From assembly GCA_977018835.1 (NCBI GenBank), contig OZ361259.1, positions 1,488,001 to 1,552,000 of the forward strand: 64,000 nt of DNA. Reading direction: 5' to 3'. Every line of letters begins with the position of its first letter. Position 1 is the first letter of the stretch. The notes under the pieces were generated by a model. That model had not been told where the DNA came from, made no database searches, and saw nothing but the letters and a program-made list of their open reading frames with translations. The DNA comes from Minutocellus sp. GHC0000111 (lineage: Eukaryota). The translations under genes and the position numbers were made by a program. Below, piece after piece: positions 48,702-59,870 of the stretch.

Positions 48702-49451
48702 TGTTAGTCCCAAAATGCGCACTGTCCCAGTTCGCGAACTGGGATCCCAGTTTGCGAACTAGGATTTATTTATCCCAGTTTGGAAACTGGGATCATAGGC
48801 ACAATCTCAGTTTGCAAACTGGGATCAATCGAGAAATAATGAATATTTAGCATGGATGATATCGCCTTTGCTTCTCCTCGCTTCATTTTTTCATAGTGAA
48901 GCAACACAGCCCAAACCTGGTCCAGACGTCCAGACGACATTAGTGCCGGAGCTGATACTCAATAAATTGGTATTAGCTGATACTAAATACATATAGTGAA
49001 TAAATAATAATATCTAGCTAGCTACTTCTGGCAAATATAAGTCATGAACTGTACATGCATCTGTGCTATGCCGGCATCATGTTGCTACTGTACCAGTACA
49101 TGTAGCTTGCAAATTCAAGATATGATGCACAGTGCAACTTGTATTGTAGATAGATCTACCAGTACATAATCATTGTGCATGAGCCAACACCGGCAGTTAC
49201 CATTCTGACACTTGCCGAGAATGCCAGTTTCCAAACTGGTATTCATTTTTGTTCCAGTTCGCGAACTCGTCTGGTTCCCAAATTCGGATTGGCGTGTTTA
49301 TCTCAGTTTCCATTCTGGTAGTATCAGTGCGCAAACTGAGATCCTAGTTTGGGAACTGGGGCCCAGTGCGCAAACTGGGATAAATGAATCTCAGTTCGCA
49401 AACTGGGATCCCAGTTCGCGAACTGGGACAGTGCGCATTTTGGGACTAACA
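48702..49451 (+). mobile_element. MITE-like non-autonomous element, copy 1 (750 bp), in a (TA)n tract
   Basis: 59-bp perfect (about 80-bp imperfect) TIR starting TGTTAGTCCCAAAATGCGCAC; multiple CCCAGTTYGCGAACTGGG-like subterminal palindromes; (TA)n on both sides; AT-rich non-coding core. Confidence 0.9.
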
Positions 49452-49546
49452 TATATATATATATATATAACGTCATAAATAACGCGCACAATAAGCATTA
49501 TAAAGATATGCCCAGATCTCTACGTATGTGGCAACGCGCCACAAAT

Positions 49547-50197
49547 TTACTCCTTCTTCTTGGAACTGTCCATCTTCTGCTTTCCAACCCCCAAAACAGG
49601 CAATCCCTTCTTCAGTAGTGCAGGATAAGCCATCGTTGGACCGAGCACTCCATTGACGAAGAGCACGGCCATCAAAATGACCTTGAGACACAATTCAGTC
49701 TCCCCTCTCATAAGAACAATATACGCCCCAGTACCTTCCGCGATACATCCAACTGGAAATGTAAGCAGCGGAACAACCTTCCTAACCTTGCGACATACGC
49801 TGGAATCCGGGAAGATGTACATGGGATAACGCGAGACCTCCGTCACGGCCCAGGATAGAAGGATTGCCGGAGCTGTCCAATGTGATGCAAGCACCGGGTT
49901 CGGCATCACTTGGGTCGTAGCTGTTAGACGAATTGCATGGAGCACGGCTCCTAGGACAAGATTGCCGGGCAAATCTCCGATGGCAATGCGAATCACTTCG
50001 ACAACACATATTGCCTCGAGGAGCAAGATTTGATGTTGGACTTCATCAACGAGAGTCTCCGGTATTGATGGGAACGTTGGATGGATCAGCAAAATAGTTC
50101 TGTAGAGAACAAAAAGCCAACCCGCAAAAGCCACTGCATTGAGAACGGTGAATACCGGTGCGAGAGAGGACGGAGAAGAGCGTCGCTTGGTGGGCAT
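49547..50197 (-). CDS. PTPLA/HACD-like 3-hydroxyacyl-CoA dehydratase family membrane protein
   Basis: Multi-pass hydrophobic ORF with SWAVTEVSRYPMY and FPVGCIAEG; basic C-terminus SKKKE. Confidence 0.72.
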   Translation of the reverse strand: MPTKRRSSPSSLAPVFTVLNAVAFAGWLFVLYRTILLIHPTFPSIPETLVDEVQHQILLLEAICVVEVIRIAIGDLPGNLVLGAVLHAIRLTATTQVMPNPVLASHWTAPAILLSWAVTEVSRYPMYIFPDSSVCRKVRKVVPLLTFPVGCIAEGTGAYIVLMRGETELCLKVILMAVLFVNGVLGPTMAYPALLKKGLPVLGVGKQKMDSSKKKE

Positions 50198-50514
50198 CTC
50201 GGATCCAATTGTTCGGCCCTCGGCACCAGTGCATCATCATACTATCAGCGTGCAGTGGTGGTGGCAGGTCGGCGGTCAGACGCGCTGCCCCAATTCAGGA
50301 TCTGGTTTATCGTACTTTTCTAAAAAAAATCTGTGCCATGAAGTCACGGCTGAACGGCGACATGGGCACTGTTTGTTTGCGACATGGGATTGATTTGGCG
50401 AAGGAATCGTTCGAGGTAGATCTACCCAACCTTTTATTGTTTGCCCCCTCTCGTCTGCTAAACTATCTGAGAGATACTTGCTTGCGTGCATGCAGGCTCA
50501 AGGGTCTGGCCGGG

Positions 50515-51957
50515 ATGGTGGCGTTTGGCGGAGCAAGAAGGGCAAGAAGACAGCGCGTCTTGCTCGGTGGAGCAATTCATTTTCCACTACTTTTTCTCTT
50601 GGCCCTCCAAATATTATGTGCCACCACCCATGCCCTAACGCAGCATGAGATCGACACACTCCTCGATGGCAACATCATCGTTGGCAATCGAGCGTCGGGG
50701 GGCAAAATACAAATATTTCCAGCCAGCGTTCCGAATTGGAATCGGCACAATGTGCTGTGGGAGTACGACACCAAAGAGGGCGTCGACGGACTTACCATGG
50801 ATTTCGACCATATCAACGACGTCAAGCGCGTACGGTACCACGATCGAGAGTACATCCTCATCGCTGGGAATGGTCCTGGACTTGCCCTATTTGATCTGTA
50901 CGAGGAACGCTTCGTCTTCTCGTACAAGCCGCGAGTTCCAGCGGGACAGAGATGCAGCATGAAATCCATTTCAATTCATGCAGCCGAGATGTTGCCCGAT
51001 GGCAACTTTGTTGTTGCCGATCCGACGGGGGATGACCGCGGAGGGGCATCGGTACGGCTCATCTATGGCTCCAACGAAGACCCGGTAATTCTCCAGTCCT
51101 TACCCTTCTCGGGCGCACACGGTGTTGTTTGGGATCACAAACGACAGCTCCTCTGGGCATGGGGAGGGAGCAAACTCAAAAAGTACCGCTACATTAGCGC
51201 CGGGAAGAACTCTTACCTTGAACAGGTGGGGAATGCCTATAAGAGTCCTGATTGGATCTCCATCGGCCATGATATGATGCCATTAGGGCCAGATGCGCTC
51301 ATATTCAACTGTGCTGAGGGCTTGGGTGTATTCTACATTGAACACCAAACAGTCGCGAAACGCCAGCAATTCGAATTGCTCTATGGGACTATCGATATGG
51401 CAACCCATTTTGCATTGGATACCAAGCTTCTGAGGGGCAAAGGTGTCGATTTCAACTATAAGACGGGACAGATCATTCAAAACTTATTTGAGACCAACAC
51501 CGTTCGAAGTCCAAATGTTCTGCAGGAGGACCGGTCGATGGTGGAATGGTCTTACGAACCCGAGGATGACATGAAGATGTACAAAGCCCGTTGGTTCATC
51601 CACAATGAGTTCAGCTACGGAAAGCTGAACTCAAATGCCATCAAGTATTTTTTTCACTACCAGACAATTAATCGACATGGCGAATCATTGATGAAGGCGC
51701 TGCATTACCGCGAGGCCTTTGCCGCTCAGGAGCGCTTAGATTTTAGTGGTATTCGAACCGTCGAGCAGCAGCACGTGCCAGATGACTCGGATTTAATTGC
51801 TATTGGTATCGGCGATGACAATGGTCAGCTTCTGCTATGCAGACAAGGAACGGTCTGGACGAAGGATGGAAACTTCTTTGGAGGTGAACATGAGCTCCTT
51901 GGTAGCTCGACTGTTCGCTCCGTCTCTTCTACTGTATCTGGAGAGCTCAAGCCGTGA
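50515..51957 (+). CDS. Chimeric duplicate: beta-propeller (DUF6528-like) domain with an unrelated C-terminal tail
   Basis: Near-identical to the 53744-55465 ORF up to QTINRHGES (51687), then about 89 unrelated residues in frame. Confidence 0.7.
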   Translation: MVAFGGARRARRQRVLLGGAIHFPLLFLLALQILCATTHALTQHEIDTLLDGNIIVGNRASGGKIQIFPASVPNWNRHNVLWEYDTKEGVDGLTMDFDHINDVKRVRYHDREYILIAGNGPGLALFDLYEERFVFSYKPRVPAGQRCSMKSISIHAAEMLPDGNFVVADPTGDDRGGASVRLIYGSNEDPVILQSLPFSGAHGVVWDHKRQLLWAWGGSKLKKYRYISAGKNSYLEQVGNAYKSPDWISIGHDMMPLGPDALIFNCAEGLGVFYIEHQTVAKRQQFELLYGTIDMATHFALDTKLLRGKGVDFNYKTGQIIQNLFETNTVRSPNVLQEDRSMVEWSYEPEDDMKMYKARWFIHNEFSYGKLNSNAIKYFFHYQTINRHGESLMKALHYREAFAAQERLDFSGIRTVEQQHVPDDSDLIAIGIGDDNGQLLLCRQGTVWTKDGNFFGGEHELLGSSTVRSVSSTVSGELKP

Positions 51958-52293
51958 TTAGATCACTACGTAGCGAGAAGAAGAAAAGCTTGTCTCCCCT
52001 CGAGCTTTGAATTTTTATGGAATATATTTTGTATTTATTTTTTACGACAATGGGAAAAGCGGACAAAGACAACGACCACCACTACTAGAGAGCACCCAAT
52101 GTAACGATCACGATGAATCAATGTCCTGAAAATATACTATTTGTAGCAACCAAAAGACACGCACACAGAGATATCAGATGAAGAAGAATCGGTTGCTGGC
52201 GGCATTGCATAGGGGCCTAAAATGACAGGGATAATTCTACAGGCAGGAAATGCAACCAGCAACGAAGCGTATTTATGCACGTGTGTATATATA

Positions 52294-52942
52294 TGTTAGT
52301 CCCAAAATGCGCACTGTCCCAGTTCGCGAACTGGGATCCCAGTTTGCGAACTGAGATTCATTTATCCCAGTTTGCGCACTGGGCCCCAGTTCCCAAACTA
52401 GGATCTCAGTTTGCGCACTGATACTACCAGAATGGAAACTGAGATAAACACGCCAATCCGAATTTGGGAACCAGACGAGTTCGCGAACTGGAACAAAAAT
52501 GAATACCAGTTTGGAAACTGGCATTCTCGGCAAGTGTCAGAATGGTAACTGCCGGTGTTGGCTCATGCACAATGAATATGTACTGGTAGATCTATCTACA
52601 ATACAAGTTGCACTGTGCATCATATCTTGAATTTGCAAGCTACATGTACTGGTACAGTAGCAACATGATGCCGGCATAGCACAGATGCATGTACAGTTCA
52701 TGACTTATATTTGCCAGAAGCAGCTAGCTAGATATTATTATTTATTCACTATATGTATTTTGTATCAGCTAATGCCAATTTATTGAGTATCAGCTCCGGC
52801 ACTAATGTCGTCTGGACGTCTGGACCAGGTTTGGGCTGTGTTGCTTCACTATGAAAAAATGAAGCGAGGAGAAGCAAAGGCGAAACTGGGATAAATAAAT
52901 CCTAGTTCGCAAACTGGGACAGTGCGCATTTTGGGACTAACA
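52294..52942 (-). mobile_element. MITE-like element, copy 2 (649 bp), inverted relative to copy 1
   Basis: Reverse complement of 48702-49451 with deletions of about 80 and 20 bp near one end; same termini and (TA)n flanks. Confidence 0.9.
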
Positions 52943-53159
52943 TATATATGGTATACCACTCATATTGGCATGTTTTGGCAATATAGAATTGTAACGATAG
53001 AGCACAGTGTACTGTAAGAGTTATGGCGCAAAATTGAGTTTTGTGTTTTAGTCCTATAATACATTTCTACACGTGCAAAAGATTTTCTCTAGAGATTTGG
53101 ATATATCTATCTGATCTATTTTTACAAAAAAAAAATGAAAATGTCTAGGAATTCCTAAA

Positions 53160-55432
53160 TCATGCACCACCGGTGGGAATATTGGCAACATCTTCCTGTA
53201 CTAGTATCGATTTCTTCCACCTTTCCATCCCTCCCTTCCAAGCTGCATGGAACGCGGTTGTAGGCTGTGATGAGGCATTCGCATCAGCGACGGTAGCACT
53301 TGTTGGTTCGGGACTTGGTTCAGGGGAGTCCTCGCCCAACCTATTCTTTTTTGCATTGGCATATGCATTGACCATGCCCATGAAAGCATTCCAAACCTCA
53401 TCTCCGTTGGTACCTGCGTTGGAACTTGTGTCGTCGGTCTCTTCGATGGAGCAGTAGTCGGCCTTTTGGATGGAGCAGCAGTGAGTGATTTTGCTGGAAT
53501 TGTTGCAATATTTTCATTCATGACCATCTGGGGATCATAGCAGTAGTCAACGTGCTCAACGGCTCGTCCTGCACAACCTGGAACATTGTTATCAAGTCCA
53601 GATCTCTGCCAGCATCGCAAGTTATCGCGACAATCCTCGTCTCGGTCACAATCCTGGGTAAAATATTGAGGTGATGAGGTGAGATTTAGTGAGTCAAAGA
53701 GAACAAAAGACCTTTTGTTTCAATAGAATGAAGACCACACACATTATGAATATCTCACTCCTGCACAACGTCCAAATGGCCCCATACCCTCTGCCTTCCA
53801 TCCAGGCCCAACCAGCTCTGGACTGAAGTAGATCAACTCTTTGAAATTATATGATCGTATGGAAAAGAGATGGGTCGTGGGATGGTTTGTAGGCCTTAGT
53901 GCCGAAGGCGCGCGCGTGGGACTTCTCTTCGTTATTGGTTCTGGTGTTGGCTCGGGGGTTTCTGGCTCTTTCACTTTGAAGTTGAACTCGGCTGTATCCG
54001 ATAGGCCATTCCTATCACTTACACGTATTACCATCGTTCGATAATCATCGTCAACATCCTTTTCATCTGGCGTGCCTTCGATCATACCAGCACGGTTGAT
54101 GGAGAGCCAAGACGGGCCACATATCTTCTCATATATTGGTTTCCATTCATCATCGTCGGGATCAGTGGACTGCTTACGGATGTTGCGCTTGTAGGATTCT
54201 CCCACTGTTACGATCGCATTTCTTCGGAATTCGTCGAGAAACTGTGGCCGTCTATTTGTTGATTCGCCATGTCGATTAATTGTCTGGTAGTGAAAAAAAT
54301 ACTTGATGGCATTTGAGTTCAGCTTTCCGTAGCTGAACTCATTGTGGATGAACCAACGGGCTTTGTACATCTTCATGTCATCCTCGGGTTCGTAAGACCA
54401 TTCCACCATCGACCGGTCCTCCTGCAGAACATTTGGACTTCGAACGGTGTTGGTCTCAAATAAGTTTTGAATGATCTGTCCCGTCTTATAGTTGAAATCG
54501 ACACCTTTGCCCCTCAGAAGCTTGGTATCCAATGCAAAATGGGTTGCCATATCGATAGTCCCATAGAGCAATTCGAATTGTTGGCGTTTCGCGACTGTTT
54601 GGTGTTCAATGTAGAATACACCCAAGCCCTCAGCACAGTTGAATATGAGCGCATCTGGCCCTAATGGCATCATATCATGGCCGATGGAGATCCAATCAGG
54701 ACTCTTATAGGCAATCCCATGCTGTTCGAGGTAAGAGTCCTTCCCGGCGCTAATGTAGCGGTACTTTTTGAGTTTGCTCCCTCCCCATGCCCAGAGGAGC
54801 TGTCGTTTGTGATCCCAAACAACACCGTGTGCGCCCGAGAAGGGTAAGGACTGGAGAATTACCGGGTCTTCGTTGGAGCCATAGATGAGCCGTACCGATG
54901 CCCCTCCGCGGTCATCCCCCGTCGGATCGGCAACAACAAAGTTGCCATCGGGCAACATCTCGGCTGCATGAATTGAAATGGATTTCATGCTGCATCGCTC
55001 TCCTGCCGGAACACGCGGCTTGTACGAGAAGACGAAGCGCTCCTCGTACAGATCAAATAGGGCAAGTCCAGGACCATTCCCAGCGATGAGGATGTACTCT
55101 CGATCGTGGTACCGTACGCGCTTGACGTCGTTGATATGGTCGAAATCCATGGTAAGTCCATCGACGCCCTCTTTGGTGTCGTACTCCCACAGCACATTGT
55201 GCCGATTCCAATTCGGAACGTTGGCTGGAAATATTTGTATTTTGCCCCCCGACGCTCGATTGCCAACGATGATGTTGCCATCGAGGAGTGTGTCGATCTC
55301 ATGCTGCGTTAGGGCATGGGTGGTGGCACATAATATTTGGAGGGCCAAGAGAAAAAGTAGTAGAAAATGCATTGCTCCACCGAGCAAGACGCGCCGTCTT
55401 CTTGCCCTTCTTGCTCCGCCAAACGCCACCAT
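53160..55432 (-). CDS. Secreted or membrane protein: beta-propeller (DUF6528-like) + Ig-like domain + PT linker + frustulin-type Cys-rich domain; intron 53654-53758
   Basis: IHAAEMLPDGNFVVA, AHGVVWD..RQLLWAWG; GPSWLSIN..IEGTP..IRVSDRNGLSDT; spliced CAG|DCDRDEDCRDNLRCWQR..VPGCAG..DYCYDP; probable frameshift near 53400. Confidence 0.75.
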
Positions 55433-55810
55433 CCCGACCAGACCCTTGAGCCTGCATGCACGCACGCAACGATGTGCTATCGCCGACCGAAAGAAATCTG
55501 ATTATCCATCCAGAGATGTAGTACCATCTACTGGCCGGGAAATCTGCCGACAAAAAAATCCCAAACATGATTTCGGCACAGACTTGAGACCGAACAGCAC
55601 AGAAAACCTGTTCCGGCAGGTTAGCCGTCCTGCAGTCGGGCGGGGCGGGGCATGTGCGAGATTTTTTGCAAATGCCGACGCGTCGCAGTCGCAGGCAGCC
55701 TCCTCCTCATTTTTTTGCGGCAAGTCCAGGCCAAGCGACTCAGTCAGCAACGGACCACAGGATTGCTCCTAATATTGGTATAGGGACCAATTGAGCTATT
55801 ATCCGATACC

Positions 55811-57814
55811 ATGAGGAGACAGAGAAGGCGCACATGCTTGCCTCCCACGGCAGCCCTCATTCTTCTGCTGGCCGCAACAGCCAAAAAACAGCACGTGTCG
55901 GCCTTCTCGACCGGCGCAGGCAATCCTATCCGTGGCGGAACCGCACCTCTCATTGCCAATCGCTCCCCCGCTTCAATTGTCCTGTCCATGGCGGCGGCGG
56001 CAGATGAAGACAAGACCAAAACCACCGGCGGTGATTCGAGCGGCAAGAAGAGCGAGCAGAAACCACCTGCGGCAACAGCAGCGACGACGACGACACCATT
56101 GACCACCGCCTCGGAACCCCCGGGCCTTGGCGGGAAGAGTGGCATCCGCCCCGACGTCAACTCCCTCAAGCGCAATCTTGTCCAGGAGGCCGTTCGGGCG
56201 TACAAGTCGGAGTTGCTGGAACTGCTGGGCACCCCCCACGGTGGCAAGGAGTACTTCCAGCCCACTGCTGCGGCGGTGGCGACGGCGAATGGGAAGAAGA
56301 ATGCTGCGGCGGCGGCCTCCGACGCCAATGCCAGTCCGATCACTGTATCGGCATCGTCGTCCCCTCTGTACGCCAATGGATCAGGGTCCGATGCGCAGCA
56401 GCTTTACGATGAAGACAGAGATGGTGGCAAGCCAGTGTCGTACTACAAATATGGTCCGGGTGCCGCGGCATACGGAAGGACTTACGCGGGAGAGTGGGCC
56501 ACGAGAGACGAATTGATCGAGGACAAGTTGGCGGCATTGGTGCAGGTGAGTTTACGTTGTGTGTGTGCCGAATGTCACATATACCAGCGGCACTCATGCA
56601 AAAGTCCTTGGTTCCGTTTTGTTTATATATCGCTCACCAACATCATTACATCTCTCCAATGAAAAAAATAGGCCAACCCAGTGTCTACCACTACCGACTC
56701 CAATCTTTTGGAGGGAAGCTGGGAGTTTGTTTTCAGCTCCACAAAGGCCTCGGACATTGTCGATCCGTCCCGCTTCGTTTTGATCCGTACCGAGCAGGGC
56801 AGCAAACAGGCCAATGCGAATGGAAAGAATAAGCCGTCGGCAGTCACCGCCAAAAAGGAAGCCGTCGGGCCGGTGGAGTCTCGTCCCTGGGCCATCCGAT
56901 CGGGCCAGTCGGAAAATCCCTTTCGTTCGTTGACACGAAAGATTTACTTGGAGGAGCTGAAGGATGATGAGGACCCGTACGTTGTCGACACAACGTCTTA
57001 CATGGGCGGGCTGTGGAGTGTCCAGAGAAAATACGATGTCACCGGCCTCAGTCGGACGGCAATGGATCTTGGATTAAAGGAAAAAGACATGAAGGCATTT
57101 GGGCTGCGCATACCGCTCAAGAAGCAAAAGAAGAAGGGAGGAGGCGCTTCCGTTGCTGGAGGAAAGGCTGGTGACGAATGCCTCGGCAAGGCCAAAGTCC
57201 AGGTCATCTATCTTGATAGTGATTTGTGCATTACAACGACAGAGCGGGGGATGGAGGGACCTCTCCTGGTTTACACCAAGCGAGAGTTCTGGACGGCCAT
57301 GAGGAAGAGTAAATTCCTTTTGGCTACGGCAGCATGGGTGTGGTCGAAGCAATCACCCCTCCGGATACGGCAACGGATAGGACGGGTCCTTCCATTTGGA
57401 CGCAAATCGAACCAAGATGCCAGTGGGCTCCCCGGTGCGCTCATTCCGGGAGATCAACAAACATACACCGATGAGGAGAACAGAGTGATGCTGCAAAGGA
57501 CCTATGCCGACCCGTCGGGCTCATCTCGACTGATGGTGCTAAAGATGGGCGAACCCTTGATCAATGCCGATGGAACTTTACGAGAAGATTTAACCGATGC
57601 ATGGGATGGTGATAGCGACCCGTTTGTTCACCTTGATCCAATCGAGCGACAAAAACTGATGAAGGGTATGACCATCGAGGCAATCGAAGCAGCCGGCAAG
57701 GCTCAAAGAGATGCTAACAAGAGAAGCGGCGGAAGGTACCGACAAAACACTCCCATTGACAGATCATTCAAGAAAAAGGTGAACAAGGAAAGATCCTTCA
57801 AGAAACCACAATGA
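55811..57814 (+). CDS. Plastid lipid-associated protein / fibrillin-domain protein; 2 exons (55811-56545, 56672-57814)
   Basis: Presequence VSA-FST; spliced LAALVQ-ANPVSTTTDSNLLEGSWEFVFSS; QVIYLDSDLCI. Confidence 0.75.
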
Positions 57815-57899
57815 CCAAATTGTCTGCAGGTTACAGGTTGAAGGCTTAAAGACTACGGTAATTTATAATACATTACGAGTATATCAATGACAGTTCGCA

Positions 57900-59330
57900 C
57901 TACAGCTCGACATTTGGACCTATCTCGAAACTGAAGGTCGTTGTATACTCATAATGGGTGGTGTAGTCCACGGTATTTCCTAAAAATCCGTTCGAATTCC
58001 CGCCCGATGTAAACCTAAGGTCAGTTTCAGGGTCAAGAATGCACTTGCGAACCTCAGCTTTCACGAGTGCCAATCCAGTAACAAAGGCACCAAGGTCACA
58101 GTAGCTATCTTGTGTGACGATTGAGTCCTCGTCCAAGTTCTCCCCAGCCATGTGTGTGCCTAGGCCACAACCACCGCCGTTGCATGCCGAAAATGTATCG
58201 AACACAAATTCAGATCCTGTCGGCGGTTGAGCCTGTATTTGAATCCCAGCGCCACCTCCACTTCCATACGTATCGCTTGGGCCTGCCTGTCCATCGTGCC
58301 CCCCTCCAGCGGTAAGCAAAAGATTTGATTTGTCTCCCTCTCCCCCACTAGTATCGGTACAGTAAAGTTGAAAATACGCGTTGCTGCTTCCACCGGCATA
58401 TGTGTTGGCGAGACTATCTGATGCGGCGACATCATTGTTTGCTCTGAGCATACCTTGAACCTCTTGCATACACACAGAACATAAATTACCCAGGGAGTCT
58501 TCCTGTAAACCATCTGGCTGAGAGAATGACGCCGAAACAAAGTCATGTACGTCGTCGCTAGACGATCCTATGCATTTCAACATTGTGAGTAAGATTTGTT
58601 CATCGTCCATGCTATCGATGCTGGTTTTGCTTGTAATTTGAGGTGTAACGGATGCTATATCCGAGTTGTTGGTGCTGCTGCTGCTATTGGCAGGGCTAGT
58701 AGATACTGATTCTGCAGCTGATAGTTGTGTGTTGTCGTTGACAACAACAGCGTCCTCTTCTGGGACTGAAAGGGCGCTTTCGTTATCCAGGGCTTCTGCA
58801 GTAGTAGCCTCGTCGTGATGATGATGGACGCTAAACTCAAATAGGCTTGTTTGAGAAACATTTTTTTCAAACAGTGGCAAATCGTCACCACCCAGAGCGT
58901 TGAGGGTCGATAGGATCGATGTGGCGAATTTCACATCTGCATCATAACTTGCCATGACGACGGAATCCTCGCCAAAGCATTCCGCGATTCGATCCCTTTC
59001 GTCGATTCCAAAAGGGGAATGGCACATGTCCCCTTTTGTGCTTGATGTCGAAATATCATCATTTCTCTTTTGGTATCGATCGTCAGCGATCAAGCCCAGG
59101 AGGCGTCCCCAGTGGTTGTGTCCTTTGTTGGCATTTTCTGTTGCCGATGTAGTTTCTCTATAGTACCGCTGATACACATTCCAAGCGCGTGACGACCAAG
59201 AAGGAAACGCCGACGGTAATTGCTGATCAGAAACACCAGCGGCGGCATCGGTGGCAGTCCAAGTCCAGGCCATGATGCACGCCGCTACAGCAGCGACTGC
59301 TGTACTTCTACTAGTAGCCTCCTGGCCCAT
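57900..59330 (-). CDS. Hypothetical secreted protein with C-terminal glycine-rich domain
   Basis: 476-aa ORF, signal-like N-terminus, AGGG/GSGGGAG/NGGGCG motifs alternating with beta-like segments. Confidence 0.65.
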   Translation of the reverse strand: MGQEATSRSTAVAAVAACIMAWTWTATDAAAGVSDQQLPSAFPSWSSRAWNVYQRYYRETTSATENANKGHNHWGRLLGLIADDRYQKRNDDISTSSTKGDMCHSPFGIDERDRIAECFGEDSVVMASYDADVKFATSILSTLNALGGDDLPLFEKNVSQTSLFEFSVHHHHDEATTAEALDNESALSVPEEDAVVVNDNTQLSAAESVSTSPANSSSSTNNSDIASVTPQITSKTSIDSMDDEQILLTMLKCIGSSSDDVHDFVSASFSQPDGLQEDSLGNLCSVCMQEVQGMLRANNDVAASDSLANTYAGGSSNAYFQLYCTDTSGGEGDKSNLLLTAGGGHDGQAGPSDTYGSGGGAGIQIQAQPPTGSEFVFDTFSACNGGGCGLGTHMAGENLDEDSIVTQDSYCDLGAFVTGLALVKAEVRKCILDPETDLRFTSGGNSNGFLGNTVDYTTHYEYTTTFSFEIGPNVEL

Positions 59331-59870
59331 CTTTCTAACCTGCTTTTTGTTCTGTGTATCAAGTTATGTGAATGTTGGGTATAAGAGATGGATATCGATA
59401 CGCCCAAGCCGCTACGTTGGCGAAAGTCAAAGCAAGTAATTGCTGAGTGCCAACACGGAGGTCGGCAAGATCCAAGACAAACGCATCGATCAAACAATTT
59501 CCAAACGGCATCCCAAAACCTGCCAGCCAGTGGAACAGAAACAAGCTCAAACATGCTCACTGATGAAACCCCGGGTGTCTTCGACCACTTGTTGTGCTAC
59601 TTGCTCAAATCTGTGGTCAGTCCTGCCGTTGAAAATGCATCTTGAACCTTGAACTCGCTTGCGCCATGCCATGTGGGCATTCGGGTCGGTGGCAGGTAGC
59701 AGCAGCACGCGTTGTTGTTTTACATCAACGATACGGGAGGGCGCTACCATCTAAAGCGGAGAGGCAGCACCAGTCGTTTTGACTCCCGGAACAACACACA
59801 TTTCGTGCCGGAACCTCGGTTCTGCAGTTCGTTCTTTTGGCTTGCGTGCACACGCATGCGTGAGAAAAAA

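Larger units (their letters stand above)
50480..55466. repeat. Inverted segmental duplication: about 50480-51687 versus 54260-55466
   Basis: About 1.2 kb reverse-complement near-identity with scattered substitutions (e.g. KNSYLEQVGN vs KDSYLEQHGI). Confidence 0.95.

Noticed and set aside
48702..48830. Spaced palindromic repeats resembling a CRISPR array
   Set aside because: No unique spacers of regular length and no cas genes; they are MITE subterminal repeats in a eukaryotic context.
49212..52533. Twin 86-88 aa ORFs (49212-49478, 52273-52533)
   Set aside because: They simply read through the MITE terminal repeats, start at TTG and show no protein motif.
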